From assembly GCA_028534125.1 (NCBI GenBank), contig CM052816.1, forward strand, positions 75,952,001 through 76,016,000: a stretch of 64,000 nucleotides of DNA, written 5' to 3'. The DNA comes from Lama glama. Taxonomy: Eukaryota. Each line of letters starts with the position of its first letter. Position 1 is the first letter of the stretch. The position numbers and the translations under genes are program-made. The notes under the pieces are model-generated. The model was not told the DNA's origin. It worked only from the letters and a program-made list of their open reading frames with translations, and made no database searches. Positions 37,546 to 50,960 of the stretch are shown here, in pieces.

Positions 37546-40500
37546 TTTTTGCTAAAGAAATTCCAAGCATGGAGGTTAAAAATTTCATATAGAATAAATA
37601 AGGTCGTTAGCTTATTTTACATATTTTTGGAAGTCTGAGTGGACAAAGTTATGAGTCTAGAATGCAGTGTTTTGGGAGGTAGCACCCAGTATTGGGATGA
37701 CATGTATGATATATAATTATATGTGAATATAAATATGTCCTTATATTTATCATATATATTGTATATAATATATAAATACGTGTACATGCAATATATAACA
37801 TTCAAATCTAGTCTTCATTACATAGGTTGCCCTAGGCAAGAGGTAGACGCGGGGCTGACGTTGCTGAGAATCCCAAGTCTGAGATAGGTTTTAACCATAA
37901 AGGGTGGCAGGAAGGGGTCTGTGGTCATGGATAAGGGTTAGAGGTATGGGGCAAAGGAGCTGAATCAGAAGAAAGCTGCAAGTGACATGAACAAGCTGGG
38001 GGTTCGTTGGGGGAAAAGCTGTGACTGCCAGTGGGTATGTTCCTCTTTTGGACTTTGATTTTTAGATGCTATCACCTCAGTCTGTTTTTAAGCATCATTT
38101 TCAACTGAGTTCACTAAAGGACATTTTAAAATGTGAACATTTCAATGTGAGATTTAAAAATCTAAGTCTCTGGGAGAATAGGATTGTCCTGCAATGTTTT
38201 GTGCCAAATTTGCCGAATACACTTTTTCTACAAAATATGAAAATACTTGCTTTATAACCATATATGTGTACTTCAAAGTACTGCTTGCCTTTTAAAATGC
38301 CTGTGATTTAAATAGCTGCTTAAAAATAGATTTTAGCTTATATTTATCATTGGTCCTAGCCAATAGCATAAAATCTTTTCTCCTAGAGGCTGCAATTTTC
38401 CTTCTTCATCCAAAGCACATAGCATTTCAAATAATTCAATTTATTAGCAGAAACAATAGTCTTGGAAACATCCCTCTTTGAAAGTGGTGAGACCTTTTTC
38501 ATGGGTTTCTGCTGGGTATTCCCACTGGTGTGCTTCTCCTCTGAAGTCATGCATGGATCAAAAAAACAAATCTCTTCACCATTTGTAAATCTCACAATTC
38601 TTTTATCATGGGTCAGGGAAGTGCTCCATTTTGTGAATTTCACTATTGCGTTTTCTTTTGTCTGTTTCCCTTTCCCATCTCTGTTCATTTTTCTTTTTCT
38701 TTCTTTTTTCCTCTTTTTGATAACTGACTGCAGGACGGGTTGGTTCCTCCAGAAAGCCTGGAGGAACTGAGATCCTGGGCCACATAGTGGAGCCTCCAGG
38801 GATGAATAGCACTTGAGGTCTGAGTGAGAAGGAGCAGAATGGCTCAGATGATGCTCTGGGCGTCCTCATCACTGGAGGGGCCCTTGTCATCGCTGTCCTC
38901 AACAACCATACTGTGGTACAGTACCAGTGTGTGGCCTGGATATCTGCAGGTGGCTGTGGCCAGCCAGCCTGTTGGCCACTGTGAGACTAGCCAGGGACTG
39001 AGAAAGAGTCAGGATTGAGCTTGAAGAATGTGTGTGGGATCACATTTATCTCGAATTTTGCAAGTCCTCACATGCCTCTCTCAGCCCTTCAACAGCTAAA
39101 TTCAGCTCTCAGCGTTGTGTGCTTAGAATGAAGCCCAGTGCCATGCCCAAGATGAGGCAGAGACTTCCATAATGAGTTTAATTTTCATAGTGAGATCTTT
39201 CCGTGATGAGTTCAATCAAATCCTGAATCTAACCACCAGGTGATTGTCCCTCTCTTGTGACCCTGTCCTATGCCCCACTTACCCCATTTCTCATCTCTTT
39301 CCCTTTAGGAATGTATGTTTTGTGATTAAGAAAGGGGAAAACGATAAGCAGGTCCTCACTGTTATAGAGGGAGCCAGGCTGTGCCCTGAGACGTGAGCTC
39401 AAGTCCCTCTGTGACACTTACTCTAAATCACATGTGCTCGTTAGACTCCCACGTTGCTTCTTATTTTTGAGGAGAGTGACCCTAATTGACACAGACTGTC
39501 AGTGACAAGTAATATTTTATACAGAAACTGAACTGAATAAAGGAAGATAGGGTTATGGGAGGACAGGAAAACAAAATAGTCCAAAGTGGACTCCACATCG
39601 TGTTTATGCTTTAATTGCTTTTCAACTAAGCATGTAAGAATTCCGTTCTGGATCAAGGGGAGGAAGGAGATAGGGCACAGGAAAAAATACTAGCAGGTAA
39701 AGCAGGGAGTTTGGGAGATTTTGCTGTTGCATAACTGTAAGATTAAGAGTTAATCATTATATGGTTTATAACAGGGAAATAATTATTCTATATTGTTTTT
39801 GAGATTTAAAAAAAAATCCCCTAATCCTAATTGCAACAATAAATTAATCCGCTGGGCAGTGTTTATTCATTACTCATTCTGTGCTCAGTACTACGACTGT
39901 CCGGAATGTAGCCATATTGGCCCTGATCCCTAGCCTAATTGTATGAACAAAGACTAAAAACATTCATAAAGTTAGAAAGATCAACATAATTTTGATTTTT
40001 CCCGTGAGACTATGGCTGTAGGACCGGAAAGTAAATCAGTCATAGGTGAACATGTATCAGAACTCAAATCCTACGACTTAGTTGGTATTTGAGAAGGAGA
40101 GATTTTGAGATCTTAGGCTCTCGCTGAATATTTCTCTTGCAGATGGATAAAGTAGATAAGGAGAGAGAGTCTGGAGTTTCCTTTTGAACTTTCTTTTACC
40201 AGCTATTGTGTTAGGATGACATGCTTATTGTTAAGGACTATGTAGTATATTTCAGATGTAAGTCATAGGACAGACAAAATATAATTTGTATGATGAATAT
40301 TTTAGAAGCATTTAATTGCGTCTGAAGCACCTCTTTAGGGGGCTGGGATATCAGATAAAATGCTCACAGTCACCGCCTCCACATTTCCTTTGGTACAAAG
40401 ATCTGTGGGCGGGGAAGGAAAGGAGGTTGCTCACCCAGCACCCTTGGGTGAGGCCACAAACGGCAGATCTTTCAGATTGCATTGTTGGCACTGCCCTCTT

Positions 40501-41619
40501 AAGTCTGTAACTTCATTTTAATGAAGCAAAAATAAAAATGAGCAAAACCTCCAGGCAAATGAACGTATTGCCAGGAAGCAGGAGACAAGAGGGCAGTTAA
40601 AATGGGATTTGAAATTCTGACAGCCCTACATGGGAATCTGACCTCAGCACTGATGAGCTGCAGTGATACAAAGAGAGGCGGAAGGCAGAAACTTTGTTTT
40701 TTAAAAAATGTTTTTATGATTACAAAGGGAATCAATATTCATGGTAGAAAAATGGAAGAACAAAGTAGAAAGTAAAAATCATCCTTTATCCAAACATTAT
40801 CTCCCTTAACATTTTGTGACACATCTTTCCAAATTGTTCCCTTTGTGTGTATATATTTAATTTAAATTGTTATTATTTAGTGAACGTGTCTTATTGGTTC
40901 TTTTTATCCCTAATGCCTGGTATATAGAAATGTTTAATAAATGTAGGTTAAGTGAATGAATGGCCTTGGACTTCCTGGTCTTCAGATCTTTCCTAGAAAA
41001 AATGAGAACAGTGACAGCAACTATAGTGTCCAGAATTCTGAGACTGGATGAGATGCTGGATGTGTGGTGCTCATTCATTGCTACTGAAGCTGTTACTGCT
41101 GTTACTTTCTCATTGAAAAGAGAGAGATAGACTAAATATTCTGTTTCAGAGGATTTGAAATTACTCGTGGTGGCCTTTACTTACAGTTTGGAGACAGCTG
41201 GTAAGCCTAATACAAGGCGTTTATAGCTCTCAGAGCATGGGAATGGACTGTGAGTCCTAATATAGGAATGGTGTTGTGTTGGCAAAACCTGTCACTGAAG
41301 TCAGGAATAGAGAAAAAAACAGTTGGTTGTAGAGTGTTCTGCTTTTGAGGGTGGTGACTCTATTCTCAAGCTGTTTCTCTAACAAGATACAGTTTGTTCT
41401 CTGATACTAGCACTCAAACACCATGATTAAGGATCTTAGGCCTCTTTAATTTCTTGTCAGTCCTTTTCTATAGAACTGTTGTGGACCTGGATTGTGTGGA
41501 TGGAGGCAGAGCATAGGAAATGCTGTTCATGAGGCCATGATCAAGGATTCCTTGGGTCTTGGAGCCTCCCTCACTAGTTGGTGTTACTAGGAGCTGTAGC
41601 TGAGCATCTGACTTGCAGA

Positions 41620-41905
41620 ATGCTGTCATAAATCACCCAACCCAGGACCTTTGTTTTACACGTTTGGTACTAAGACCAAAAGAGCTTACATGAACTTCTT
41701 AGTTAGCTTCACACAGCTAATTGGTGGCATGACCAGGCTTAAAACCAAAGATTCCTATGAAGCAGCAAAATGTGGAAAGAAGAGCACAGTTTGGCATCAG
41801 GCTGCCTTAGTTTGAACTCTGGTCCTACCGTTATAGGTCCTTAGAAGATAATTGAATCTCTCTGAACTTCATTTTCGTCTGTAAACCCAGAATAAAATAC
41901 CTAAT
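41620..41905. mobile_element. Back-to-back MIR fragments (minus, then plus); the plus copy is interrupted by an MLT1 LTR
   Basis: 'cacacagctaattggtggcatgaccagg' and 'tttgaactctggtcctacc...aatctctctgaacttcattttcgtctgtaaa'. Confidence 0.65.
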
Positions 41906-42367
41906 TATATTAGTTTCCTTTGGTTGCTATAACAAATCATCACAAACTTGGTGCCCTAAAACAATAAAAATTATTGTCTTCCAGTTCTAGAGCCCAAAAG
42001 TCCAAAATTAAGGTGTCATTGGAGCCCTACTCCCTCTGAAGCTTCTAAGGAAAGATCCTTCTTTGTCTCTTCCACATTTCTTGGGGTGATTGTCAGCAGT
42101 CCCTGGGGCTTCTTGGCATAAAGCTGCGTCCCTCCAGTTTCTGCCTCTGTTGTCACATGGTCTGCTCCCCTGTGTGTTGGTGTCTGTGCCTGTGTCTTCA
42201 TATGGCCTTTCTTTAAGGACATTAGTCACTGGGTTTAGGCTCCGCTCTGATCCACTATGTCCTCATGCTAACTAATTGCATCTGCAAAGACTATTTCCAA
42301 ACAAGGTCACATTCTGAAGTTCTGGGTGGATGTGGACTTTTGGAGGGACACTATTTAGCCCAGTACA
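41906..42367 (-). mobile_element. MaLR solo LTR (MLT1C-like)
   Basis: 'tattagtttcc...ataacaaatcatcacaaacttggtg...atctgcaaagactatttccaaacaaggtcacattctga...cccagtaca'. TSD CTAAT/CTAGT. Confidence 0.88.
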
Positions 42368-42419
42368 CTAGTGTACAGGACTACTGCAAGTATTAAATAA
42401 TATATTTCCTATAAATTTA

Positions 42420-42910
42420 ATTAGCAAAACCAGAGAAGTATACCCAGTTTGACAAGGATACTGTGAAAAAGTGAACCAATAATCTCTTTGTTGGAAGACT
42501 GTAAAGTGGCATAACCTCTTCCAAAAGTCAATAAAAATATTATACCTTTGCTTTACAGATCTCAGAAGTGGGAATCTGTTCTAAGACAATAATTTGAAAT
42601 ATAGAGAACACCACAAGTACTCATCACAGCGTGATTTATAATAGAAATGGTTTATAATAGAAAAATATTGGAAGCAACATCAATGCCCCATAGTAGAAGT
42701 AGTTTAGGTAAACTATGGTTTGCCTATTTGAAGAAACATGATACAATTATTGAAATAAAAAATGTAGATATAAAAATAAATATCTATGCTATATTGTTAA
42801 GGTGAAAAAGGAGATTAATAATTACATTCATATGCAATTGTAATAAGCATGTGGGGTAATGTCGAAATGATCTAAATTTTTTCTATTGTAACTTTCCTAT
42901 AATTAAAAAA
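42420..42910 (+). mobile_element. Ancient L1ME-type 3' fragment
   Basis: 'aaatattggaagcaacatcaatgccc...ggtaaactatgg'; highly diverged. Confidence 0.6.
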
Positions 42911-43757
42911 TTGTTTTGTAATTTAAATTAGGAAACCAATAACGTAAAGAAGAAATCCATAGAGTTGGGTGAGGTGCCGTAGATACCCCAGCTCATCTGT
43001 TGGGTGCTGAATGGGGGCTGTGATGCTTGTGGCATTAGGGGGAGGCAAGTGTCATTTCTCAAACAGTCGAGGACAAACCAGTACCATGAGAAGAGTAGTC
43101 AGGTGTTTCCTACCTGTGTTGCCAGTGAACTGGACTTGTGAGTTATGGGGCCAGTGACTAACACCTGACTGTAGACAGGTAATCTTCTCCATGAAGAAGA
43201 ACTCATTTGGATGGATATTAATTTTTGGATGGATGGTAACACTACCTGCATCAAGAGAACTCTAAAAAGTCAAAACGGGGTGACACAACAACATCAGCGC
43301 TTTGCAAAAGTTTGTTGGTTTGGTTTACATTTTATTCATGTTTCTGGTAACACACACTAGGTTTTATTTTTCCCTTTGACAAGTGAGGAAAGACTGCCAG
43401 TGGGATACATAGGTTTAAAGATTATTATATGTTACTTTGTCCTGTGAGTATAGGTTTAATAGAGATGACATCACTTTAATGACTTACCTTTCTGATATTG
43501 GTGAAGTTAAGGAAGCCATAGCTCATTGTCTCAATTTTATTTCCTCATGTGTTGATTAATTCTACTCATTTGTTTGGAAAATATTTATTGATTCTTATTA
43601 CAGTCTTTAACTTGATTTCTTGTGAAATGGGGTATCTCATCAGCGAATTTTCTGGGTTTCTGTTTACTGAGCTCATCATTAAGGTGGGTTTAAAGTACTT
43701 CAAAAATAAGGGAAAAATACATCAGTAAGTTTAAATTCCGTTATATATTCTCAAAGA

Positions 43758-43872
43758 AGTGATCCTCAAAATGTAATGTATGCAGGAGTCACCTGGGAAG
43801 CTTGTTGAAAATGCAGATTTCTAGCTCCTAACCCCAGAGACTAGAGGTAGGATCTGGACATCTATATTTGAA
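43758..43872. mobile_element. MER5-family fragment
   Basis: 'gtcacctgggaagcttgttgaaaatgcagatttctagctcc'. Confidence 0.7.
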
Positions 43873-44757
43873 AGAAGGAAAACAGAAGATTCTGATGAGC
43901 TGACCTACTCTTAATACTTTGAAAAATGAGAAGATATGTGCCCCAAACTATTTTCCTTAAATATTTGGGGTTGAACATTAATCTATCACAATAAAAACAA
44001 AATAAAACCAAAAAACCCAATAAAAATGGGAAAAAATAAGACATATTTGGCATTGCTTATCAAAGCATGGTTTTTCTTTTCCTTCTTTGGAGATACGTAA
44101 GAAAAACCCATCACAAGCTGTGGATGACATCAACCCTTCTATTCCTAGCACATTTTTAACATGTAACCCTTTATTTCACAAGAAACATGCTGAGGCAACA
44201 TTCTTTTTGTTTTTAGAGTTGATGATTGTCAGTTAATTACATCACATGTTGAAAGAATATTAATAAGGAATGCATTCAGCTACAGCTAGCATTTTCAATA
44301 TTATTATCACATAGAAGTGCATTTCAAACACTCATATTAGAATCAAGATTCTAATAATGGAATGTTTACTGTGAAAACCACATGTAATTGTGTTGCTCAG
44401 ACTGCATTATAAGAGTCATTTCATTCCAGTGGTATCTGAGCTATGAGATTTTAAAGCCTTTCTCTTTTAATAAGTCACTTTCTTCAGTATGTCAGGCCTT
44501 TCTATTTCTCTTTCTTGAGAAAGCAGATGAGTGATTTATTTAAAAAAATCTTGTGAGAGAATGATGTACAAGTCAGCTAAGCCTGGCTTTTCAGTCCTCA
44601 CAGTTTGTAGCTGCTGAATTGTTGAACTTAATAAAATGAGTGTAGGTTCTAAATTAAAGATTTGCTAAAGAAATGCTTCCTGAATTTTGTGTGCATAAAC
44701 ATTATGTACTATATATAACATATGCATTAATACTCAGATTTATGGGCCTCCATTAAA

Positions 44758-45116
44758 TTTTTTCCATTGAGGTATAGTCAATTTACAATGTGTGTCAGTC
44801 TCAGGTGTACAGCATGGTGATTCAGTTATACACACATATGTATATGTTCCTTTTCATATTATTTTTCATTATAGGTTACTACAAGATATTGAATATAGTT
44901 CCCTGTGCTATAGAGTAGGACCTTGTTATTTATCTATTTTATACATGGTAGTTACTATTTGCAGATCTCAAACTCCCAATTTATCCCTTCCCTCCTTTTT
45001 CCCCCTGGTAATCATAAGTTGGTTTTCTGTGTCTGTGAGTCTGTTTCTGTTTTGTAAGTAAGTTCATTTGTGTTATTTTTCTTTTGTAGATTCCACATAT
45101 AAGCGATATCATATGC
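44758..45116 (-). mobile_element. Young L1 3' UTR, inserted in a MER5A remnant that continues to ~45222
   Basis: Closely resembles 11.5-11.85 kb ('ataggttactacaagatattgaatatagttccctgtgctata'). Followed by MER5A-like 'ggcctgggaatttccattttaacaaatacccaggt...tttgaaaaattact'. Confidence 0.88.
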
Positions 45117-45459
45117 TACAATTTAGTAAACCTTAACTAAGGCCTGGGAATTTCCATTTTAACAAATACCCAGGTACTTTTGATGCTGATGGCCTGCTTT
45201 TCATACTTTGAAAAATTACTCAAGGACTTTTGTAAAATAACTTAGGGGAGTTATTTTGAGTTATATATGCTTTAAGCCATGGGTGATGTTGAACAGCTTT
45301 TCATGTTCCTGTTGGCCAACTACCATGTATAAAACAGATAAACAAGTTATCAGGATGTCTTTCGGAAAAATGTCTGTTCAGTTCTTCTGCCCATATTTTA
45401 AATGGGTTGTTTGTTTGTTTGTTTGCTTTTTAATTGAAGTACAGTTCGTTTAAAATGTA

Positions 45460-45985
45460 AAAAAAGATTACAAATGCACACACCCTTTTATCCCACCAGT
45501 TCCACTACCAGAAACCTATCCTGCTGTTGTATTTGTACATGTGGGAAATGGCACCTGCTCCAAGTTCTTTATTGCAGCTTTGTTCATGATGGCCAAAAAC
45601 ATCAAACTTAAATATCTCACAATTAAGTTAAATTAAATTGTTGATATTATGGAATATTATGAGGAGGGTAAAAAGAGTGATAAAGATCTGCACATCTGAT
45701 CTGGAAAAAGCTCTTAGGTAAAAGCAAGAGCCAGACAGTATGGCTTTGTCTTTTTTTTTTTTTTTAAAGGATATACACATGGATGTATGCCTGTAGATGG
45801 CATGAAAATTTTCTGTAAAACTTGTAAGAAAGTGTTAGCAGTGTTTGGCTCTGGGGAGAGTTCTGGGCAAGAAGGAGGCACTAATTTTTCACTCTACAGG
45901 TATATTCTGTTGTACTTTAAATTTTTTTTTTACCTTATACATGAGTTTATTTTCGATAAAATCTTTGCATAGTTAAAAAAATAAA
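45460..45985 (+). mobile_element. Ancient L1ME-type 3' fragment
   Basis: 'caaatgcacacacccttttatcccaccagttccact...tttattgcagctttgttcatgatggccaaaa'. Confidence 0.65.
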
Positions 45986-46234
45986 ACCGTTTGAGAAACT
46001 ATTTTGAACTTTAAGTAAGGGGAGTTTAGCAGTACAAAAGAAGCCTCACAAAGTTTTCCAAGCATAGATTTTTTGCATTTGGACAGTCACTAAGAATAAG
46101 TAAATCATTATATTTCCTTTTGGAGGGCCATATTTTGGAAAAAAAATCTGGCCTTGGCGAGACCAGAAGTTATCAGGATGTCCAAAACCATGATGATGAG
46201 AGAACTGAAGGGGTGACAAAGTACAGTACGGTCA

Positions 46235-46472
46235 GCGGCGCTTACTCTATGCCAGGCAGTGCACTGAGCTTCTTATGTGTATTAATTTATTTAACCTCCC
46301 AGCTGTCCTAGAAGGTAGATGTTATTATTTTGCTCATTTTACAAATGGGGAAATTGAGGGAGTAAGAAGTTCAGTCACTTGTTTCCTTCTATCACTTGTG
46401 AGAAACAGAGCCAGGATGGATGTGACCCTGAGCGGTCTAATGCGGGTTCTGGGCCTCCACCACTGCACTGGG
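46235..46472 (-). mobile_element. MIR SINE
   Basis: 'gcgcttactctatgccaggcagtgcactgagc...ctcattttacaaatggggaaattgagg'. Confidence 0.85.
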
Positions 46473-47108
46473 CCACAGTAAAGGTCTGGTTTTCTGGGAA
46501 ACTCATTTATGTTTTGACCCAATAAACAGCTTTTTATATCAAGATGAATTCCTGCAAAGGCAAAACCATGAACTGCATGCCAGTTAGAGCTTTTTGAGCT
46601 ATAGTTTTTAAGATTTCTAGAGAAGATCAGCGTGAGAGAAAAGTGCAAGCAATGGCAAGGGTGTTTACTTAAGTAGTTATTTTCTTGAACCGTCTCTCTC
46701 AGAAGTGATAAGTATAATCTCTTCACCGATGTGAGTGCTTACCTTCTTTTAGAGTCTTAGTCTACGGGAAATTTAGGGATCACTTGGCTCAGTAAGTGTT
46801 TCTTCACTGAATGAATGAAGAATTGGGTTGATTCTGCACACCTACAAGGATGTTCTGCAGTCCAGTCAATACAGTAATTTGCGTAAACATCCTTAGACTT
46901 GTGAGAGGAGCTTTAGAATCAGTCTAGAGAGAGTAAGCTGTGTAGTTGTATGTAGTCCAGTGTCAACCTCCAGGGAAAGTACAGTGGGAAGCCTGGGACT
47001 ACATGCCCAGGTGGGATAAGCTGTGACCCTAGGCCTCAGCCTGAGGGTCTAAGATAAGTGGAGGATGGCTGCCCAAGCAGCCTGGACTTGCTTTGCACCC
47101 ATAGTTTC

Positions 47109-47606
47109 TGTATTAGTTTTCTGTTGCTGCTGTAACAAATTACCACAAACTTAGTGGCTTGAAACAACATGAATTTAGAATCTTACAGCTCTGCAGGTCA
47201 GAAACCTAACACAGATCTCACTGAACTAAAATTAAAGTGTCAGAAGAGCAATCTTTGTTTTTAGAGGCTCTAGGAGAGAATCCTCTTCCTTCTTTTAGAA
47301 GCTGCCCGCATTCCTTGGCTCATGTCCCTCTTTCTCTGTCTTCAGAGCCAGCATTGGCAGGTTGAGTTGTTTTCACGTTGTATCACTCTAATTTTCTCTT
47401 CTGTTTTCATCTTCTGCTCTTAAGAACACTTGTGCTTTTGTTGGGCCCACTCAGATAATGGAAGATGATCTTTATTTTTTAAGGTCAGTCCATTAGCAAT
47501 CTTAATTCTATCTGCAATTTTAAATTCCCCTTTGCCGTATAACCCAGCATATTCACAGGTTCCAGGGAGTAGGAGATGGCCATGGATATTTTGTGTGGCC
47601 ACTACA
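47109..47606 (-). mobile_element. MaLR solo LTR (MLT1D-like)
   Basis: 'tgtattagttttctgttgctgctgtaacaaattaccacaaacttagtggctt...attcacaggttccaggga...actaca'. TSD GTTTC/GCTTC. Confidence 0.9.
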
Positions 47607-48040
47607 GCTTCCTAAAGAGTAAGATGAGTGGGGAAAAGGGGGCATGCTTCAGGATGGTGGGCTTGATCATCCAAGGCTTTTTGACTTGGAAGGAAAGCCT
47701 CCTGCTCCTGCTCTTGGTGGCTGCAGATGCTGGAAGAGCAGTAATGATGGAAGGACTGTGAACTGGTTGGCAGAAAGAGGAGGGAAGAGGCTGTGTCATT
47801 CCTGGAAGGGCTGAAGATCCTTGTTGACTGAGGATTCACTGTCTCTGCACTGACTTAACTGAGTTGTTTCTAGTGTTTGTAGAGAAAGAAAATACAGAGT
47901 TTTTCTCTTAATAAAGGGAAAAGCCAAGCTGCTCACCAGGTCAGACATAGAGGGATGGGTGGGGAGGACATTTGTAGAGTTGGAATCCCAATTAAAAGGA
48001 ATGGAAATAGGAGCCAAATATGTCTTTGATTGAAACTGAG

Positions 48041-48121
48041 CCTTCCTTCCTCTCTTTTTTTCCCCTCCTTTCCTCCCTCCCTCCCTCCTTTCCTTCGTTT
48101 TTTCTTTCTTTCCTTCCTTTT
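48041..48121. repeat. Polypyrimidine low-complexity tract (TTCC/TCCC/TTTC)
   Basis: Directly visible in the sequence. Confidence 0.9.
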
Positions 48122-49721
48122 AGATTTCAAATTTATGCTTTCAGTGTGTTTGGGGAAACTATGATTACATAAGCACTGCTCTTATCTAAACAGGTTATGT
48201 GTCCACAGGGTCAAAGTTAGACTTATTTTAGCAGATGACACTAATATAGCAAAACTTGATCCACATTCTCATTTTAAAACTTTTCTTATATTCAGCCAGT
48301 AAGAGCTAAAACATTAAGTGAAAAGGGGCATGCATTTCAGGATGAGGGAGGTTTTACAGAATCTACTTTAAAAAATGATACTGTTGATTGTTGGAGGCTT
48401 TTGTTTCTTTAAGTTAAGCAAAGTGGAAGTGGTTGATCTGGGCCCAAGAGAAGAATCATGTGACTTTCTGAGTAAAAAGAAACCTAGGAGACATTAGTCA
48501 TCTAGTTGATATTATATATATCACGCAAACTGCTGCCTGTGTATTGGTCAAAGACTTTAAAATTTTTCTCCAGAGCAGACCAGACCTGTCTGGGGTTGGT
48601 TTTGGTTTACATGCTTACCTAATTCTTGTTGTTTGGGTGTCTGCCTACACAGAATGATGAAAACAACTGGGGACTTGCCTGACACGAAGCCACCAGCTAT
48701 TGGAAAGAGACCTTTGAACAAAGGCATCATAGGCCCCATGAGGGGAAGAGGAAGCCACAAAGAGCATAAGAATGTGAAAATGTAGGTCACAGCTGCTTCT
48801 GTAAGGATAGAGAACACACTTCCATGCCACTGAAAGCAGGGAAGGAGGCAGGAAGGATAGACACCAGGATATACATCGTTCTTTACTGCAGTGTAGAAAT
48901 GTGTAGATCTTTGGCTTTCCCAGTAGAGAGAGCTCTTTCATGTAATCATATTTGGAGGACAGAGCAGGTGGGCTGGCTGGGGATGGGGGTTGAGGGGTGG
49001 GCAACAGGCTTCCTGTGAAGAGCTACTGCACAGATTTTCAAATTTTACAGTAATTTTTAAGGCTCTTTCTATAAAAACAAAGCAAAAGTGAAACTGTAAT
49101 ATGCAAAGCATCAAACCTTTAGCAAATCTTTTGCCAAAACAAACTTATTTCGGAGTAAAGTAGAATGGCACAGTTTAAAGAAAGGAGAGTGGCAGCCTGA
49201 TGAAAATCAGCCCGAAATGGTCCTTCAATGACAAAAATGTCTTCTGCTCAAATTCTCTTTTTGATTTACCTCTGTGCTTCCAGTTTGCCTGGCTCCAGAT
49301 GTCTTAAGTATGTTCCAAGAGGAGTATACCGAAGGGCACTGGTGTTTTACAAAGCAGGGAGATTTTTCTTAAATTTCACACTTTGTCCAAATACCACTTT
49401 CGCAATTTGAGTGCTTTTGCTTAAAGCTAACTTAACCCTAGTCTGCCTTTGCTCATGTGCCCTCCCACTCTGCCCTCCTTGGCCAACATCTCCTCTCATC
49501 GGGATTTTTGATGCTTCCCAGAGCTCCTCCCTGGTAAATCATCTAAACCTGCTCTTACAAGTGGTTTATGCCCTTATGCATGGAAGAAATTAGAAACAAA
49601 GGAGATATTTGTATCCATGGCAATTCCAAACAGTAGATTCATCTGATAGTACTAACCTTTCATTTATTTATTTATTTTGCAAGTTTTACATGCTTAGGCC
49701 CATCTGATGAAATTTAAAAAC

Positions 49722-50038
49722 CAAAGGTTGCCAATCTATTGCCCGAATGCCAAATCTAGCCCACTGCCTATTGTTGTACCGCTTCGGCGCTAAGAATTGT
49801 TTTTACATTTTCAAATGGTTGAAGAAAAAATCAGAAGACGAATAGTACTCTGAGATACATGAAAGTTATATGACATTCAAATTTTTGTGTCCCCCAAAAA
49901 TGTTTTATTGGAACTCAGTGACTCTCATTTGTTTACATATTGTCCAAATCTGCCTTTGCACTCTTTTGGCAAAGTTGGCCTGCAAAGCCTGAAACATTCA
50001 CTGTCTGGGCCTTTACAGAAAAAGTCTGCCAACTCCCG
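49722..50038. mobile_element. MER58B-like hAT-Charlie MITE
   Basis: 'gccaaatctagcccactgcct...ctaagaattgtttttacattt...ggcctgcaaagcctgaaacattcactgtctgggcctttacagaaaaagtctgccaac'. Confidence 0.85.
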
Positions 50039-50444
50039 ATTTAAGCCAATTTAAAAATTTCCATATTAACTAGCCAGTTGTCCACTAGAGAGCAAGATTC
50101 TCTAGGGCAGAGATATTTTGATCATCATTATGACTGTGGTGGTTAACAAAGTGACTGAGGTGTACTGGTTACTCTATGGGTATTTGTTGCAAAGATTGAC
50201 AGTAATCCAGCTTAGTTACACCTTTCAGAAACATACCTATTACATGATATCTGTTTTGAGAAGCCTGGCCAACAGGCAAGAGGGGCCTGTCTTTTCTCTC
50301 TAGCTTTCCTCCTCCTTACTTATGATGGAGCACACACACTTAGCTTGTAATCTGCTTTCTAACTGGTGGTGAAAATTTGGAATATATCAAGTTTCTGATA
50401 ATTGGAGATTTTGTTTTTAAATTATGCACTCCTCCAAGAGGCTA

Positions 50445-50960
50445 TGTATGTGTTATCTACTGCTGTGTGCAAACTACCCTGAAACCTGCTGATTTAAAAT
50501 AACAACCATTTTATTATATTGCCCGGTTTTGGTGGTTAGGAATTCAGGCAGGGCTTGACTGGGTGAGTCTTCTGCTCCACGTGACATCCACTGGCATTAC
50601 TTAGTGGTATTCAGCTGGTGTTCAGGCTGCTCTGGTGGGTCACGTGACTGCTGTCTAGGTGGGGATGGCTGAAAGATGGGGTTCAACTGGACCTCTCTCC
50701 CCCTCCACATAGTCTCAGGACCTCTCCAGCAGGGCAGTCAGGCCTCTAGCATGGCAGCTCAGCACTGGCAGAGACTCAGAGACGCAGGAAAACGCCTGTT
50801 CTCTTGACATGAAGGTCCAGAGCCAGCCGAGGGTCATTCCTGCCGCACTGTCTTCACCTGCTAGTAACCAGCCAGCTCAGACTCAAGGCGGAGGGAAAGA
50901 GACCACACCTCTCAAAGAGAAGAGCGTTAAAGAATTTTTGGCCATCTTTAATTTGCCATA
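50445..50960 (-). mobile_element. MaLR solo LTR (MLT1H-like)
   Basis: 'tttaaaataacaaccatttt...aggaattcaggcagggcttg...gaccacacctctc...aaagaatttttggccatctttaatttgccata'. TSD GGCTA/GGCTG. Confidence 0.85.
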
